NCBI GenBank assembly: GCA_900088475.1
Contig: FLMG01000885.1
Span: 1 to 64,000, forward strand
Direction: 5' to 3'
Length of the DNA stretch: 64,000 nt
Origin: Hyphochytrium catenoides
Lineage: Eukaryota > Protista > Hyphochytriomycota
Positions within the stretch are counted from its first letter, which is position 1; every line of letters begins with the position of its first letter. A program made the position numbers and the translations under genes. Below are positions 1-11,732 of this stretch, piece after piece. The notes below the pieces were generated by a model. The model did not search any database. It worked only from the letters and a program-made list of their open reading frames with translations, and was not told the origin of the DNA.

Positions 1-4
1 AGAC

Positions 5-44
<40 letters not shown>

Positions 45-295
45 CTCAGCAATGCAGAGAGAAAGTGTGAGCAGGAGAGTAAAGAAGAGCAACGACAGAG
101 AGAGCGCTGCGGAACACTGAGGTGGCTAGCGAGAGAGAGAAGTAGATGAAATGGAATAAAAGGGAAAGAGAGTCTAGGATGTACTTCCTGGAGAGCTGCT
201 AGTTCTATTGTGAAGAGAGAATCCTCAAGGCACAGACTGCGCTGCACAGAGAACGAGCGAGCGAGCGAGCGAGCGAGAGAGAGAGAGAGAGAGGA
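1..295. repeat. (AG)n / (GAGC)n microsatellite tracts
   Basis: Pure AG run at ~11-41 and GAGC/AG run at ~255-295. Confidence 0.9.
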
Positions 296-771
296 GACAG
301 TGAGAAAGAGAGGTAGAACTATCAAGGAACGACGACAGCCAAGTCCAAGCCCTCTTGGACAAACAAGAATCAGCGGAGCTAGGAAAGCTCAGCTCCCAGT
401 TGTGATCTATCTTCCCACTGCAAGCACCTCAACCTATAACGAGCCCGACTGACCATCGCTTCCTCGGAATGCCTGGCCGTACTGAGCCAATCCAACCGGC
501 TAGCTCTCTCTTCCAAGTCCCGCGGATACTGCTCGAGCACCGCCATTGGACGTGCAGCCTGTCTCTCGGCGCCGCCAACTGCTTCTCCTAGCTTCCCAAC
601 TCTGGTCTTGCTCATAACAACTTATCATCCTTTCCTAGATCTGCTCTCCTCCAGCGGTCGTTTCCGTATCTTCTCTATCGCCGTGCTCCCTCTACTTCTC
701 TCTCGGTCTCTCTTCTTCCTTCCCCGCCACTCGCTTCTCCCATCGTCTCTCTTCATCCATAGCAAGGGGAA

Positions 772-3422
772 ATGGAAGAACCGTCCAGGTTCCTGTTCAT
801 TCAGGGCTGCATCGTCCTGATGATCTTCATGATCACGATTCTCTCAGCCCTTGCACCTCTTCGTCTCGCTGGTAAAGAGTCCGACAGTAGAAAGAAGATC
901 CTTAGTCTTATCTCCCTGTTCACCGCCGGCGTCTTTCTTGGTAAGACCGTCTTTCTCCGTAAGACCGTCTTTCTCCACATTCGAGCTCATCCTTCTTCCA
1001 TTAGTCAGACCCACTGATCTCTCGATTCTTTCTCTCCTTCCTGACCCGTTTCAATCTGTCTCTCTCTCTGTCGTCTTGTCTTTCTTCAACCAGGAGCGGG
1101 ACTTCTTCATCTGCTTCCTGACTCTGTGAAAAAGCTGGAAAAGGCTTTCTTTCTTATGAACTTCAAGGCGGACTATCCCGTCGCGTTTCTTCTTTCCTCA
1201 ATGGGCTTCGTGGTGGTTTGGCTGGTGGACTCTGTCTGTATAGGACATGATTCCACCCAGACCGTAGCAGTAGCCGTAGCAGCGGGAAGAAAAGGTAAGG
1301 ACAACCAGCGAAGCTCAAGAGTGCGAGAGCTCACAATGAAGCGAGACGGGGAGAGAGACGTTTAGACCAAGAGTCTGCGGTATAGCGGTATAGCTCAAGG
1401 GAGCGGGAATAGATCTGTTAGTGCCTCAGCTATCACCGTGGGAGATATAGAGTTGAGCAGTGGTAAGAAGCACCGAGGATATGTGAAGAAAGAGCACATA
1501 GGCAACGGCGCTGTCTGCTGAAGAAGATCTGTGCAGCCTTGACACCAATCTAAGGGTTCAATGCTTGTATGCTTGGTCTAGGTGGTGCGACTATTCACAA
1601 GGTGCGTATGACGCCGGTGTCTACGTATGGCGTCCACGCCCCAGGCTTCTCGGAAGGAGGAGAAGAGTGCCCTCTCCTGATCTTTCCCGAGAACCCTAAG
1701 TACGATGAGACTTTGGACTCAGGTTAGTACTCAGCTGTGAGCGTGATGAGATCTCTCTCGCTAGTCACATCGTATCTTGCCTGTCCTTTCTCTTTCCCTT
1801 CTTTTCGTTTTCTCTTCCATCACTGGCTGTCTCAAGCGTGTTACTCTCGCCTCTGCTTCGATAGCTGTGCTATCTTACAGCCTCCTCCTGTCGCGCACCC
1901 ACGCCTATCAGATGCCTAAATATAAGCATCTCTATCTTTCTTATTCTCTCTTTCTCTCTTCCATTACCATCCGCACTCACATTTCTCCCGGATTAGTTCA
2001 GCAGCAAGCGTCGCAAGATATGCGCAAACCCTCCGGGCGGTTCTCTGTCAAGTTCCGCTCGCCTTTACGATCAACGGGGAGCCACTCTTCCTCCTGGTTT
2101 GAGCGGCAGACGAAGTTGGAAGAGTGGACAGAAAGCGACACTTGCATGGTAGACTCAGAAAGTGCCGATGGCTCAGGAGGACACCATCGCCATTTGCCTG
2201 AGCACATTCATGAAACCAGGAATGAGTTCCTGACATTCTCAGAAAATAAGTAAGACCGTTCTTCTAGTGTCTATCTCACTTTCCGGTCACTGTTTCTGCC
2301 GTCTTTTGACCCTGCTGTTGCGTGTCTTTGCTCTTCATGCTTCTTTGTCCGTCCCTTTCTCTCTCCTATATAGAACAAAGAACTATATTCTTCCTGGGCG
2401 ATTGCAAGACGCTGTCCTGGTTTCTAGACTAAAGATTTCTGGTCTCACACCTTTCTCTTGCCTGACCTGACCCTCTAACTCCCCTTGATTTCCTCTTCCC
2501 TACCGCTTTGGCGACGGTGCAACGCCACACTGGAACTCCGATGTATTCAGCAAAGCCTTGCCGTTCATTTTGGCGATTTTGATGTCGCTCCACAGCTACA
2601 TAGCAGGACTGGCGCTCGGTGTGTCCACGCGTATTGATTATAGCTTCATAGCGACTCTCGTGGCGATTGTGGCGCACAAGGTATGTCACCGAGAGAGATG
2701 AGCCTGAGGAAGAGACCCGGCTGGATCAGACGGGAACAGGAGAGGCAAAGAGGTTGCTGGCAATGAGAGTATACAAAGCGGGAGATAACATGATCGCTTA
2801 GTCAATGTCTAGGGGAGAAGATGGAGCGGGCTAGATTTGCGACCAACCTACAATCTCTAACAGTCTCTTGATCCCCTCTCATTATGAACCTTCGCCTCCT
2901 TTCCCTATCCTCCTTGTACAGTCAATCGAGGCATTAGCGGTAGGGGCAAGCTTCGTCAAGGAAGATGTGTCTCTCAAGTACACTGTCGGGGTGATCGTTC
3001 TCTACTCGCTGATGACGCCGTTCGGGGTCGCCACGGGGATGATCCTCACCTCAGCGCTGGAAGGGACTTCTGCGCTGTTGATGCAAGGAGTATGCCAAGC
3101 GTTTGCTTCAGGAAGTTTTCTCTATCTTACTATGCACAGCGCCGAGGAGGTCAGTTCGCGAGACAGGAAGTCCACTCCTCTGTGAATGCTGACGAGAATA
3201 CAATGTCAATCATTTTTGTCCCATTCATCCGCGACTATTTTCCTTGACTGTCGCCTCCCTGTGCTCCATCCTCGTCAGTATTTGAACTTCGTTATCGCCT
3301 ACTCACCTTTGGGTTTCCTTTTCATTGATTAGGGCGATAGCGTTGAAACATCAAAGGTCGTTCAGTCAGGAGCGCTAATAGTAGGACTAGTAGCCATGGC
3401 GGTTCTGGCTGTCTGGGTGTAG
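772..3422 (+). CDS. ZIP (Zrt/Irt-like) metal transporter, 7-8 exons
   Basis: Spliced reading gives FTAGVFLG|AGLLHLLPD, YPVAFLL, a His-rich loop (GHHRHLPEHIHE), TM4 LHSYIAGLALG, TM5 AHK|SIEALAVG, YSLMTPFG, ASGSFLY and C-terminal MAVLAVWV*. TAG at 3420-3422. GT-AG introns. Confidence 0.9.
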
Positions 3423-4117
3423 AACGATGCTTCCAAGCATCTATCGCCTGTCTTCTCTTTGTATGACATGCCCATTGAAGGATCAAGGAAGCATCCAGAA
3501 AAAGTAATTAGAGGACAGAGACACTAGATGGAGCCGAAGTGGCCCCAAAGGTCGATGGATGGGACCACTAGGCCTAAAGCTTAAGTTATGAATAAACAGC
3601 CCAGCTATAAAGACTCATCAGAGAAACGTGTCGGTCCAACAAGACCTAGGGAAGTCATTCCATAGCTGAAGACTCCACGAGCTTTGGAGAGAGAATGGCT
3701 GTACTTTGTAGCTCCAGAACGCCATCCACATCGTTGCATGGTCAGGGAGTGAGAGGACGAGTAGTGACAGATAATGACAGGGTCTAAAAAGGGACCTTCG
3801 TCTCTCTAGGATCTAACTGCAGAAATCTTTCAAGCAAAGTTGTGGAGAGAGGGAACCAGGGGCGACAGCCAGTCCGAGACAAGACGCAACCACACAACCG
3901 CCTGCTAGTTCATTGCCTTTTCCTTAATTTTTGAGAGTATAAAGTCAAACACTAGGAAACCCAGAAGAAGGCGAAGGGTACAATCAATCTCTCTAGAAAG
4001 GACAACCTGACGCTCAGGGTCCGGCTAATGTACAAGGAAGAGAAAAAATGTTTAGAAGTAAGGAGGGGAAGAGAGATAGGATAAGAAGAGCTTCCCACTA
4101 GCAAGTACGATGACTGA

Positions 4118-6613
4118 TCACGATACATAGACAGGCTGCTCTACAGCTAGAGCAGGAAGAGGACAAGGAGGAAGAGACTGTGATGCAGCCACAATCTCTA
4201 TTTCCTGCGCAAGGGTGTTGACAGAGAGAGTAGGGATAAGGTCCGCGACATCGGAAGTGGACGGTGCAGGTAAGCTTTCCTCGTCTTGCTCTAGATGTGG
4301 GATCTCTGCAACAGGAGAGGGGAGTTCATCTCCTTCTTTGACTGGGTTCAACGAAGCTGCGTCCAGAGGCTCTCCCGCTCCCTTCGTAACGAGAGGAGGA
4401 CTTTCCGGCCCAGATGAGAACATGGAACCAGTGTGGGAAAGTGTGCTAGTGCTTCTAGACTTGAGGACGGCTGGTTTCGCTGTATCCGCTTCTTCTAGAG
4501 AAGTCCGAGAGGCTGAGGGAGCCTCTTCATGGGTGGAGCTGCTGGGAGAAGTCGTCTCATCCTCTTCCTGTTCGTCGTTGCTACTGGTCCGCTCTTCTCC
4601 GATGCCCTCCGTAAGAGAGGTTTCAGCTTCAGCTTCTGTCTCTTCTTCCTCTACTATTTTATCCTTATCTATGTCGGCACTTCTTATCCTGAGAAGGATG
4701 GGTTTCTGCAGGCTTCTCAATAGTGTGACAACATCGTGGAAGTCCAACTCGAAAGTGTGGATGCCGTTGATAGAGAGAAGATAGTCTCCAGGGAAGACTG
4801 TGGAAGGAAGATGAGTACGGGAGCGCGAGATACCGCTAATGACAGGACAGGACGAATCAGTGCTTCGCGTAAGAGTCATTCCAAGGGGCCCAGTGTGCCA
4901 TAAAACTCTGGTGACCCCGGGAGGATCGCAGCAAATAGGGAACGGGCCCAGTCGTTCAAGTGAGAGAGAAAGGACGCTCTCTGTGCTTCTGAAACGCAGC
5001 ACAACGGGCTTAGGCATCCACATCAGGAAGTCGACAGAGCCTTTAAAGCCTAGAATCCCTGTGTCTTGCTCATTGACAAATACAAGCTCATCTCCGACCG
5101 AGCAGCGTACAGGCCTCCTAGCGTTCACCTCAGAGTTAGAAACCTTGGCAATATGAGGCCGTCCAGTACTCTGATTCTTTCTGAACGATAGCCCTAGTGG
5201 ACCGTCTTCCCATAGAACTTCAAACTCATTCGGGCCCAGCTCCGGCAAGCGAACGCGTTTGGCATAGTCACGAAAATAGTCCTCAGAGGCCACAGAGGTC
5301 GCTTGTCTCTCTAGCCTTCTCTCTCCTTTTTCAGCAACAGCAAGGCTGCGAGGACTGCACCCCATAGACTGGGATCTGCGCGTACGGTAATCCGAGCGAG
5401 ACCCGGGGCTTTCTCCCTCTCCTCCTCCGATAGTAAGAGATCGTCGAGGAGAGTACCCATCCACACTAAACATTGACTTCCTCTCTGTCTCCAGCGTCTC
5501 ACTACGGGAGAGCGAGCGGATACGTGACTCTGTCTCTTCGATCATACTACTTGTACCGCCCATGCTATTTCTCAACCCTTCAATAGACAAACGGGGTGGA
5601 GGGAAGCATTGTGGTTGAGATACCGTCGCTTGAGGCAGAGAAGGGACAGATACTCCTCCCCTTTGAAAGCGTAGAATAACTGGCTTGGCCCCGGACACGA
5701 TGCTCTTCAGAGTCTGAGAAATAGATTGCCGAGCAGTAGATTGGCCGTTGACTGCTATCAATAGATCTCCGGGATATAGCGCATTGAGCTGGGGATTTTC
5801 CTTTACAGCCACTCGCGCCACCACAGGCACATCGAACAGAGGGTCTCTTCGAATGGAGATTCCAAGCTGACCAGTGCGCCAAACAATCTCGAACTCTCGA
5901 CTCTCTCTGTCCCTGTCTCCAGCGAATGACCCGGAGGGCCGTGGAGGATCGCATGAGACAGGTGAAGGAGTACGCCCGGAAAATGATCTTTCTCTCTGTG
6001 CTGGGTCATTTTCTGGCATCCGTATAGTCTCCGAACGAGCTAGAATCCTTGAACCCGAAGCGATAGATAGAAAACGGACGACACACGGTCTCTTGACGCT
6101 GGACAGCGCATCTCTGCATTGCTCCAAAGTGAGCTGGGTCATTGACTTCTCGTTGAGGTAAACAAGAATGTCTCCCGGTCTGACTGGCCGAGGGAACGGT
6201 GCCTGGTTCGTCCCCGTCAGGCCCCTGACGACGGTCACACCCAAATCCTTATCGAACCCAAGACGAATACCTAGTGGGCCTTCGTCCCATAGGATCTCGT
6301 ACTCGCCCTCGCGAAGTGGTGGGAGAAGGACCTCGCCACTCATAGGCGCTCCTTCTCCTTTACTCCGCTGCTTCACGAGTTCCACGTTCTTGCCGCTGTC
6401 CTCGCTATCTTGTGTCTGTTCTGGAGACGGGGAGGACGTTGGAGCTGTGAAGCTCTGTGTTGAGTACTGTGAGCACGCGACCATAGATTCATTGTTTAGA
6501 AAGAGAGATAGAGAAGAGGTTGGCGAGGAGGGATTGGGGAGCTTCTGAGGACCATTTTCTTCGTTTGTGGTCTTGAGTCTCCTCTTAGAGACTTTCCGCA
6601 TCAACTTAAACAT
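4118..6613 (-). CDS. Intronless protein with four PDZ-like domains (831 aa)
   Basis: Four repeats of [FY]E[IV]xWxxG[PQ]LG...GDxLxxxN...PxxxRF (YEILWDEGPLG, FEIVWRTGQLG, FEVLWEDGPLG, RVLWHTGPLG), separated by Ser-rich linkers. Confidence 0.85.
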   Translation of the reverse strand: MFKLMRKVSKRRLKTTNEENGPQKLPNPSSPTSSLSLFLNNESMVACSQYSTQSFTAPTSSPSPEQTQDSEDSGKNVELVKQRSKGEGAPMSGEVLLPPLREGEYEILWDEGPLGIRLGFDKDLGVTVVRGLTGTNQAPFPRPVRPGDILVYLNEKSMTQLTLEQCRDALSSVKRPCVVRFLSIASGSRILARSETIRMPENDPAQRERSFSGRTPSPVSCDPPRPSGSFAGDRDRESREFEIVWRTGQLGISIRRDPLFDVPVVARVAVKENPQLNALYPGDLLIAVNGQSTARQSISQTLKSIVSGAKPVILRFQRGGVSVPSLPQATVSQPQCFPPPRLSIEGLRNSMGGTSSMIEETESRIRSLSRSETLETERKSMFSVDGYSPRRSLTIGGGEGESPGSRSDYRTRRSQSMGCSPRSLAVAEKGERRLERQATSVASEDYFRDYAKRVRLPELGPNEFEVLWEDGPLGLSFRKNQSTGRPHIAKVSNSEVNARRPVRCSVGDELVFVNEQDTGILGFKGSVDFLMWMPKPVVLRFRSTESVLSLSLERLGPFPICCDPPGVTRVLWHTGPLGMTLTRSTDSSCPVISGISRSRTHLPSTVFPGDYLLSINGIHTFELDFHDVVTLLRSLQKPILLRIRSADIDKDKIVEEEETEAEAETSLTEGIGEERTSSNDEQEEDETTSPSSSTHEEAPSASRTSLEEADTAKPAVLKSRSTSTLSHTGSMFSSGPESPPLVTKGAGEPLDAASLNPVKEGDELPSPVAEIPHLEQDEESLPAPSTSDVADLIPTLSVNTLAQEIEIVAASQSLPPCPLPALAVEQPVYVS

Positions 6614-7829
6614 CTTTGATTAGAGAGGAGGGATCCAACGCGCTGATGAAGAGATAGAAAGAAGACAAGGTAATAAGCAAGGACAGCAGTAGCGCACTAC
6701 CCTTTGCGTTATAACATTGAAGCCACTTGGAAAACAGCAAAGTACATCTTCCCAGACAGGGCGATAGCCAAGATCCCGCGGATCTTTCAGGGAATGGAGG
6801 AGGGAGAGAAAGGTACGCTTCAGCTCTCTGAGAAGTGCAGCGTTCTCTGTCTTCGTGAACGTAGGGCCGAGGAGCTTGAGTTGAAAAGAGACTTCAGAAA
6901 AGAGAGAGAGAGAAACGGTATCGGTACACTTCTCGTATGAGAAAGGCAGCAATCCAATGACAATGGATTTCAAGACCGAGCTTCATGTACCGTTCCAAGT
7001 TTAGTCTCTCTTGTCGCTATTTTCCTTCTCACTTTCTCCCTGTCTCTTCCCTATCTGGATCTCTGGCAACCATATGAATGGGAGTGTGCTCTTCAAAGTC
7101 TCGATCAAGAGATCAAAGGCGCATGTTCTGGCGTAAGGTTCGAGTTCTCGTCCGTGTTCTTCAGAGTCTGGAGGCGGGCAGATGAAGGCGCGCAGGTGAT
7201 GCCAACTGTTCTCCAAGACTGACGCTGCGCAACTGCGCACCGCGCTCCGCTTCTCCCTCCCTCCTCGCTTTCTCTCGGTGTTAGGGTGCCTCATACCTCG
7301 TTCTTACTCTTTCTCACACTCTTGTCCCCTTCTTTCGATCTTTTATATCTCTCTCTTCTCTGTGTACGTTTTTAGGTATCTTTTTCTCTCTCTGTCTCTT
7401 GCTTTCTTTTGCGTGTGGCTCTCTGGCTCTTCTCTCTTCCTCTCTGTCTCCCCAGTTTGGAGGGCTACAAAGTACTTTTAGCAGCTGCTGGAGCTCTTCT
7501 TGCTCCCTGGCTCCTCTGTCTGTCACGGTTGTGTCCCATTTACTAGCTAATTGTACCATCGTTGTGGCTGTCTGGCTGTATCTCTCTCACGCGAACCCCA
7601 CCAAGGCTTTTGCTCTTTGTACCACCAAAAAGGAATGGCGGATGATTCTTTGTCCCAATGCATCTGATAATATTCCTCTCTGATGCTTCTCTCTACCCCC
7701 CGCAGCGACTCAAAATGTTCTTCCCTGCAGCGCTCTCCTTGGACTGCTCTTGGATCGATAGCCCTTCTCGAAATGGGACCCGCAACGTCCTAATGCTATT
7801 CCGCTTTTAGTGGATTAATCAGTATTTGG

Positions 7830-8200
7830 CGGCTTCTATGTCCCCTTTGTCGCTTGTGAAGAGCCAAAAGCCAGAGTGGTCCCGTTAGGTGAGAGACAGA
7901 GTGTGAGAAACATTTGTAAGTCGCTATCTTTTCTTTGCTTGACAGAGCTGACAGATTTACGAGAGGTACAGGTAATAAGTGTTAGGGCAGTTTGGAACCA
8001 GCTTAGGGCCATCGAATCTTTTGGCTTTTTTTAGGTGGAAGAGACAGAAGCCAGAAGCCTCTCTCTCTCTGAGGAGGAGGCATTGCCCTTTCTCTCCTCC
8101 TGTTTTATTATCACTCCTTTCTGCCTCTCTCACTCTCTCTCTTCTTCAGGTGCTCATCACACACTCAATCTGGACGAAGTGGAGAAATATTCACTCTTTC
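7830..8200 (+). mobile_element. Possible decayed GIY-YIG endonuclease C-terminus of a Penelope/Poseidon-type element
   Basis: Frameshifted fragments YVPFVAC...LGER, WNQLRAIE, WKRQKPEA and HTLNLDE loosely match, in order, Y.IPC..C...R..EH, W..IL..E, KR..EA and LN.D.G. Confidence 0.3.
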
Positions 8201-8399
8201 TCCCTTCCTCATCCGGAAATTGTAATGGAACTGTAAGAGGACTGACCTGGTTGTCGTAACACTTCTTCTACCAAAGTTCCATCTCCGACTGTCCATTTCT
8301 CCTCATCCACCATTCTCCCCTTGTCGACTGCTCAAGCACCATCAAATCTCTCTCACTGTTTTTTTACAGTAAATTCCGTCTACTTCTCCTACCTCTGTC

Positions 8400-10000
8400 T
8401 CTCTGTTCCAGGTTCCCCTCCTCCCTCTGCTCCACTTTCGAGCTTTGGGTTATTTATGTACTACAGGTAGAGCCTCGTTCTGTAGAACAAGATCACAGGG
8501 GATATCTTCTCAGTTTTTACATTGGCTGTGTTTGGCTGTATTATTGTGGACACAGGAAAATATACTACTCAACTAGTAAATAGATCTGCCACCTGCCGCC
8601 TGCCGCTACCCGGCTGTTGGGAAAAGATACAGGTACAAGTTCCAGGAGGCATCCCTGTCTGAACATACAGAAGACTACCTTCTCCTCTCGGCAAAGCACA
8701 AGTGTGGACTTGTCGATTAGGGAAGGGCGGAAAAGGGGCGGGTGGGCGATGGTGGCTCTGTAACAGAAGGGACCGGTAACGGTAACATAAGCTAGAAGGA
8801 AAGTCCAAACCTCCTTTTCTAGGCTTCACTTCCGTAGTCCAACTCGTTGGGACTGTCTACTTGTTTTTGTATCAGTACCAGTACGAGTGCGAAATCTGCG
8901 CAATCCAGCAACAAAATCGTCGACTACCTCATTATTAACTGCGACAAGAGTAGAACTAGGGTAAGGTGAAACTTTGAAAGGAGGGTTTTTGTGCTTTTGA
9001 TTGGGCCCGTTTGGTCGTCCTTCCCGAAACCAGAAATAAAGGACCCTTCCATCTCTGCCGATCCCAATCGCAACAACCCCTTCCTAAATAAGGCACCTCC
9101 AAATCGGTTAATTAGTGGAGACGAGGATGTAGTTCTTCTCAAGACTGTCTTCTTCGAATTGCTTTGAACTATCCATTTTTAGTTCTATATAGTTCTAAAA
9201 GCCTTATTTTATGAGCAAATGGAGGATGGTAGAACTATACTTTTCAATTGATGTGGCCTTTATAATCATTCAGACTTTTCTGAAATACTACTATTTTAAA
9301 CGAAGCAAAAAGGAAGAAAAAGAAGAAGAAGAAGGAAAAGAAGAAGAAGAAGAACTTGAAGAAGAGAAGAAAGCTGGAACACAGAGTAACTTTTATGAAA
9401 CTTCAGTACAGGGACCAGTGAAAATAAGCGGTGGAACAAAAGATTGAGATTGAGGACGAAAACAAGAAGCTAATAATAATGATAAAAAGAAGGACCAACT
9501 TGCGGAACCTATGTCCTTGTACAATCGTAGTAGTGGATTGAGGACGGTAGGCTTCTCTTCTCTATTATCAAATACCTGGACAAAAAATGAGGACACACGG
9601 TGTACTATCCTACTGCTTGGTTGATGAAGTGAGCAAGAGATGACCAACAAGTAAATACTGATCACGACGACCAAGCTCCGGACTATTGTAGCTTCTCAAC
9701 AAGTTCACCTTACTTGACAAAAACGAAAAACAGTAGTAGCAGCAGTGTACCACGTTCGAGTCTCCTTTCGTCGATAATAATAATATTCTGTCCGCCAAGA
9801 AATGCAACTATTCAACTACTAAGCGTATCATTGAAGGACAACTAATAACTCTGTTTGTAGGGAGTAACTGTTCATTATCGGCTGGGTCCTTTGCTGAGTG
9901 CATTGTTGTGACGTAAGTGAGTATTCCATAATACTACACACTACTACAGTAGAAGAGTTTAAGGAGGCCACCAGTACTACTTTTCCACTCAATGGTGGTG
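8400..10000 (-). mobile_element. Degenerate Penelope-like retroelement, RT and thumb region
   Basis: Collinear frameshifted motifs on the minus strand: VVLVASLNSSTVV (~9980-9940), PELGR, RLYKDI, FGKDDQTG (~9029-9005), R(Y)VDDFVAG (1-nt deletion, 8929-8904), WTTEVK..GLDF, WNLYLYL (8644-8624), LRRYP (~8513-8499). Confidence 0.6.
9305..9372 (+). repeat. (GAA)n-rich low-complexity tract inside the retroelement fossil
   Basis: gaagaaaaagaagaagaagaagg... seen directly. Confidence 0.8.
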
Positions 10001-11732
10001 GGAAGGTTAATGATCCGCCTCATGTTGTTCGAGAACCGTCCTTTTTCCTCCTCTCTCCTCCTGATACCTAACTGCTTTGACCTTTTTGACCCCACTGAGC
10101 TTTGTGATAGGTAGTAATAATCCAGCTAGACGTCGTCCTCTTTTAGTTGAAGCGCGTACCTTTCTGTTATACTGAGTATTTTTAGGTTTCCTCCTATGTT
10201 TTGTATACTACTACTACCTATGATGTTTTCGCGCTGCAATGCGTTCTGGTCCGGTCTGCTGATGAAGAAGAGCTGATTTCGTTTTATGGTAGCTCTTCCT
10301 TGTTCTTGCCTGCTTGCGCTGATTCTGTTATCAGCAGTAGCAGCGTGTTGCGAACACCCAATACTTCCTCCTCCACCCTGCTATGCTCAGCAGCACGTCG
10401 CTTCTCCAGTAATATAAGAAGGAAGTCTTGTTGCACTTCTTTCTCCTGCCTTCGTAGAGTCGGCGACCGACGCTGCTTCTTGCTCTTCGAAAGAGAAATG
10501 ACAGCTTTTTTGTACTTGTGGTTATGCTACTACTACTCTTCAACTACACGCAACAAGCAGGACTTGCTAGTATTACCCGGTTCCTATCAAGAAGGAAAAA
10601 CACCTATGTGCTCAGTTGATAATGAGAATATATGAATAACCTCCGCAAAAAAGANNNNNNNNNNNNNNNNNNNNNNNNNNNNNNNNNNNNNNNNNNNNNN
10701 NNNNNGTTCTTCTGGGCTGCTGCCAAGCAGCTGCAGCAGGAAGTCGGGCAAAATACATATGAAGTGAAGAAGAAGACTAAACCATTATGTCAGATTTCAT
10801 GATGATTGGCTCTCTCGTACGGCAAAAGTTATTGAAACGGCGTCTCTAGCTACCAACAAGTTCCCCAAGAATTATGGAAATTTAGTTACCTTAAGCTACG
10901 GTTCACATTTGTCCAGGGTAATCTGAATGATGAGCTTCTACACTGAAAAGTCATTTATTTGCTGTTTTTACCTATGCTTTTGCCCTCACAGAAAGAACCA
11001 ACTGGCGGTCCTGTTCTTGTCGGCCCAGCACCTAATCTACAAGAAGCCGCGTGTACTTCATCAAAGCAGAGTTATTTTTGAGGTTTTCATGAGATGATGA
11101 AAATATCTGAGCTTGAAAGGTTCGTTTACTTTCCTCAATTTAGTCTGGCTCACGTGTTATTAGACCCGCAAGGGAAAGCTCCATTCCTTGTGAAACCTTC
11201 AATGTCGGAATGAAGGAAAGCTAAAGCACGAAGTTGTCCTCCCCCAGGACCAAATCTAAGGCATCACTATTGGCAGAAAGTCCAACAACGAGAGACAGAG
11301 CAAGAAGGAGATGGCAAGAAGCCTTTGCACCCGAGGTTAAGAGTACGAGAGAGATTGACGAAGACTGATTAATTGGAGACAAACAGATCGTGAAGTCAGC
11401 GGTTTCTGCAGCTTTTCTCTGTACTACTATCGGATCTCTATTAGACGATGTGGAGCCGATTAGGTCTACCATCTGGCAGCTACAGATCTTGCGTCTCAGT
11501 CAAAGTCCTCTTTATCAAGGGGCAAAGTGAAATAGAAAAGAATGCGCTCTCCTGGGGATTGACCCTGTGAAAGAAGTCATCCCTTTGACGCTGTGCCATA
11601 TACACGCGTTCGCTTCCTATATATTGCGGAGCAGGTAGCGCTTCCTATTGGCCTAGCTTTAGGTTACGATATTGCTAGGCAGCGGCATATTCTAAGTAAA
11701 AGAGCTTCAGATCTTAACCTGAGCCTGCCAAG

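Noticed and set aside
2374-2398. Optional ZIP microexon (TKNYILPG) with a GC donor
   Set aside because: The donor (GCGATT) is weak and the frame is preserved without the exon.
10250-10340. Hammerhead ribozyme near the PLE fossil (ctgatga)
   Set aside because: No properly placed GAAA core or flanking helices found by eye on either strand.
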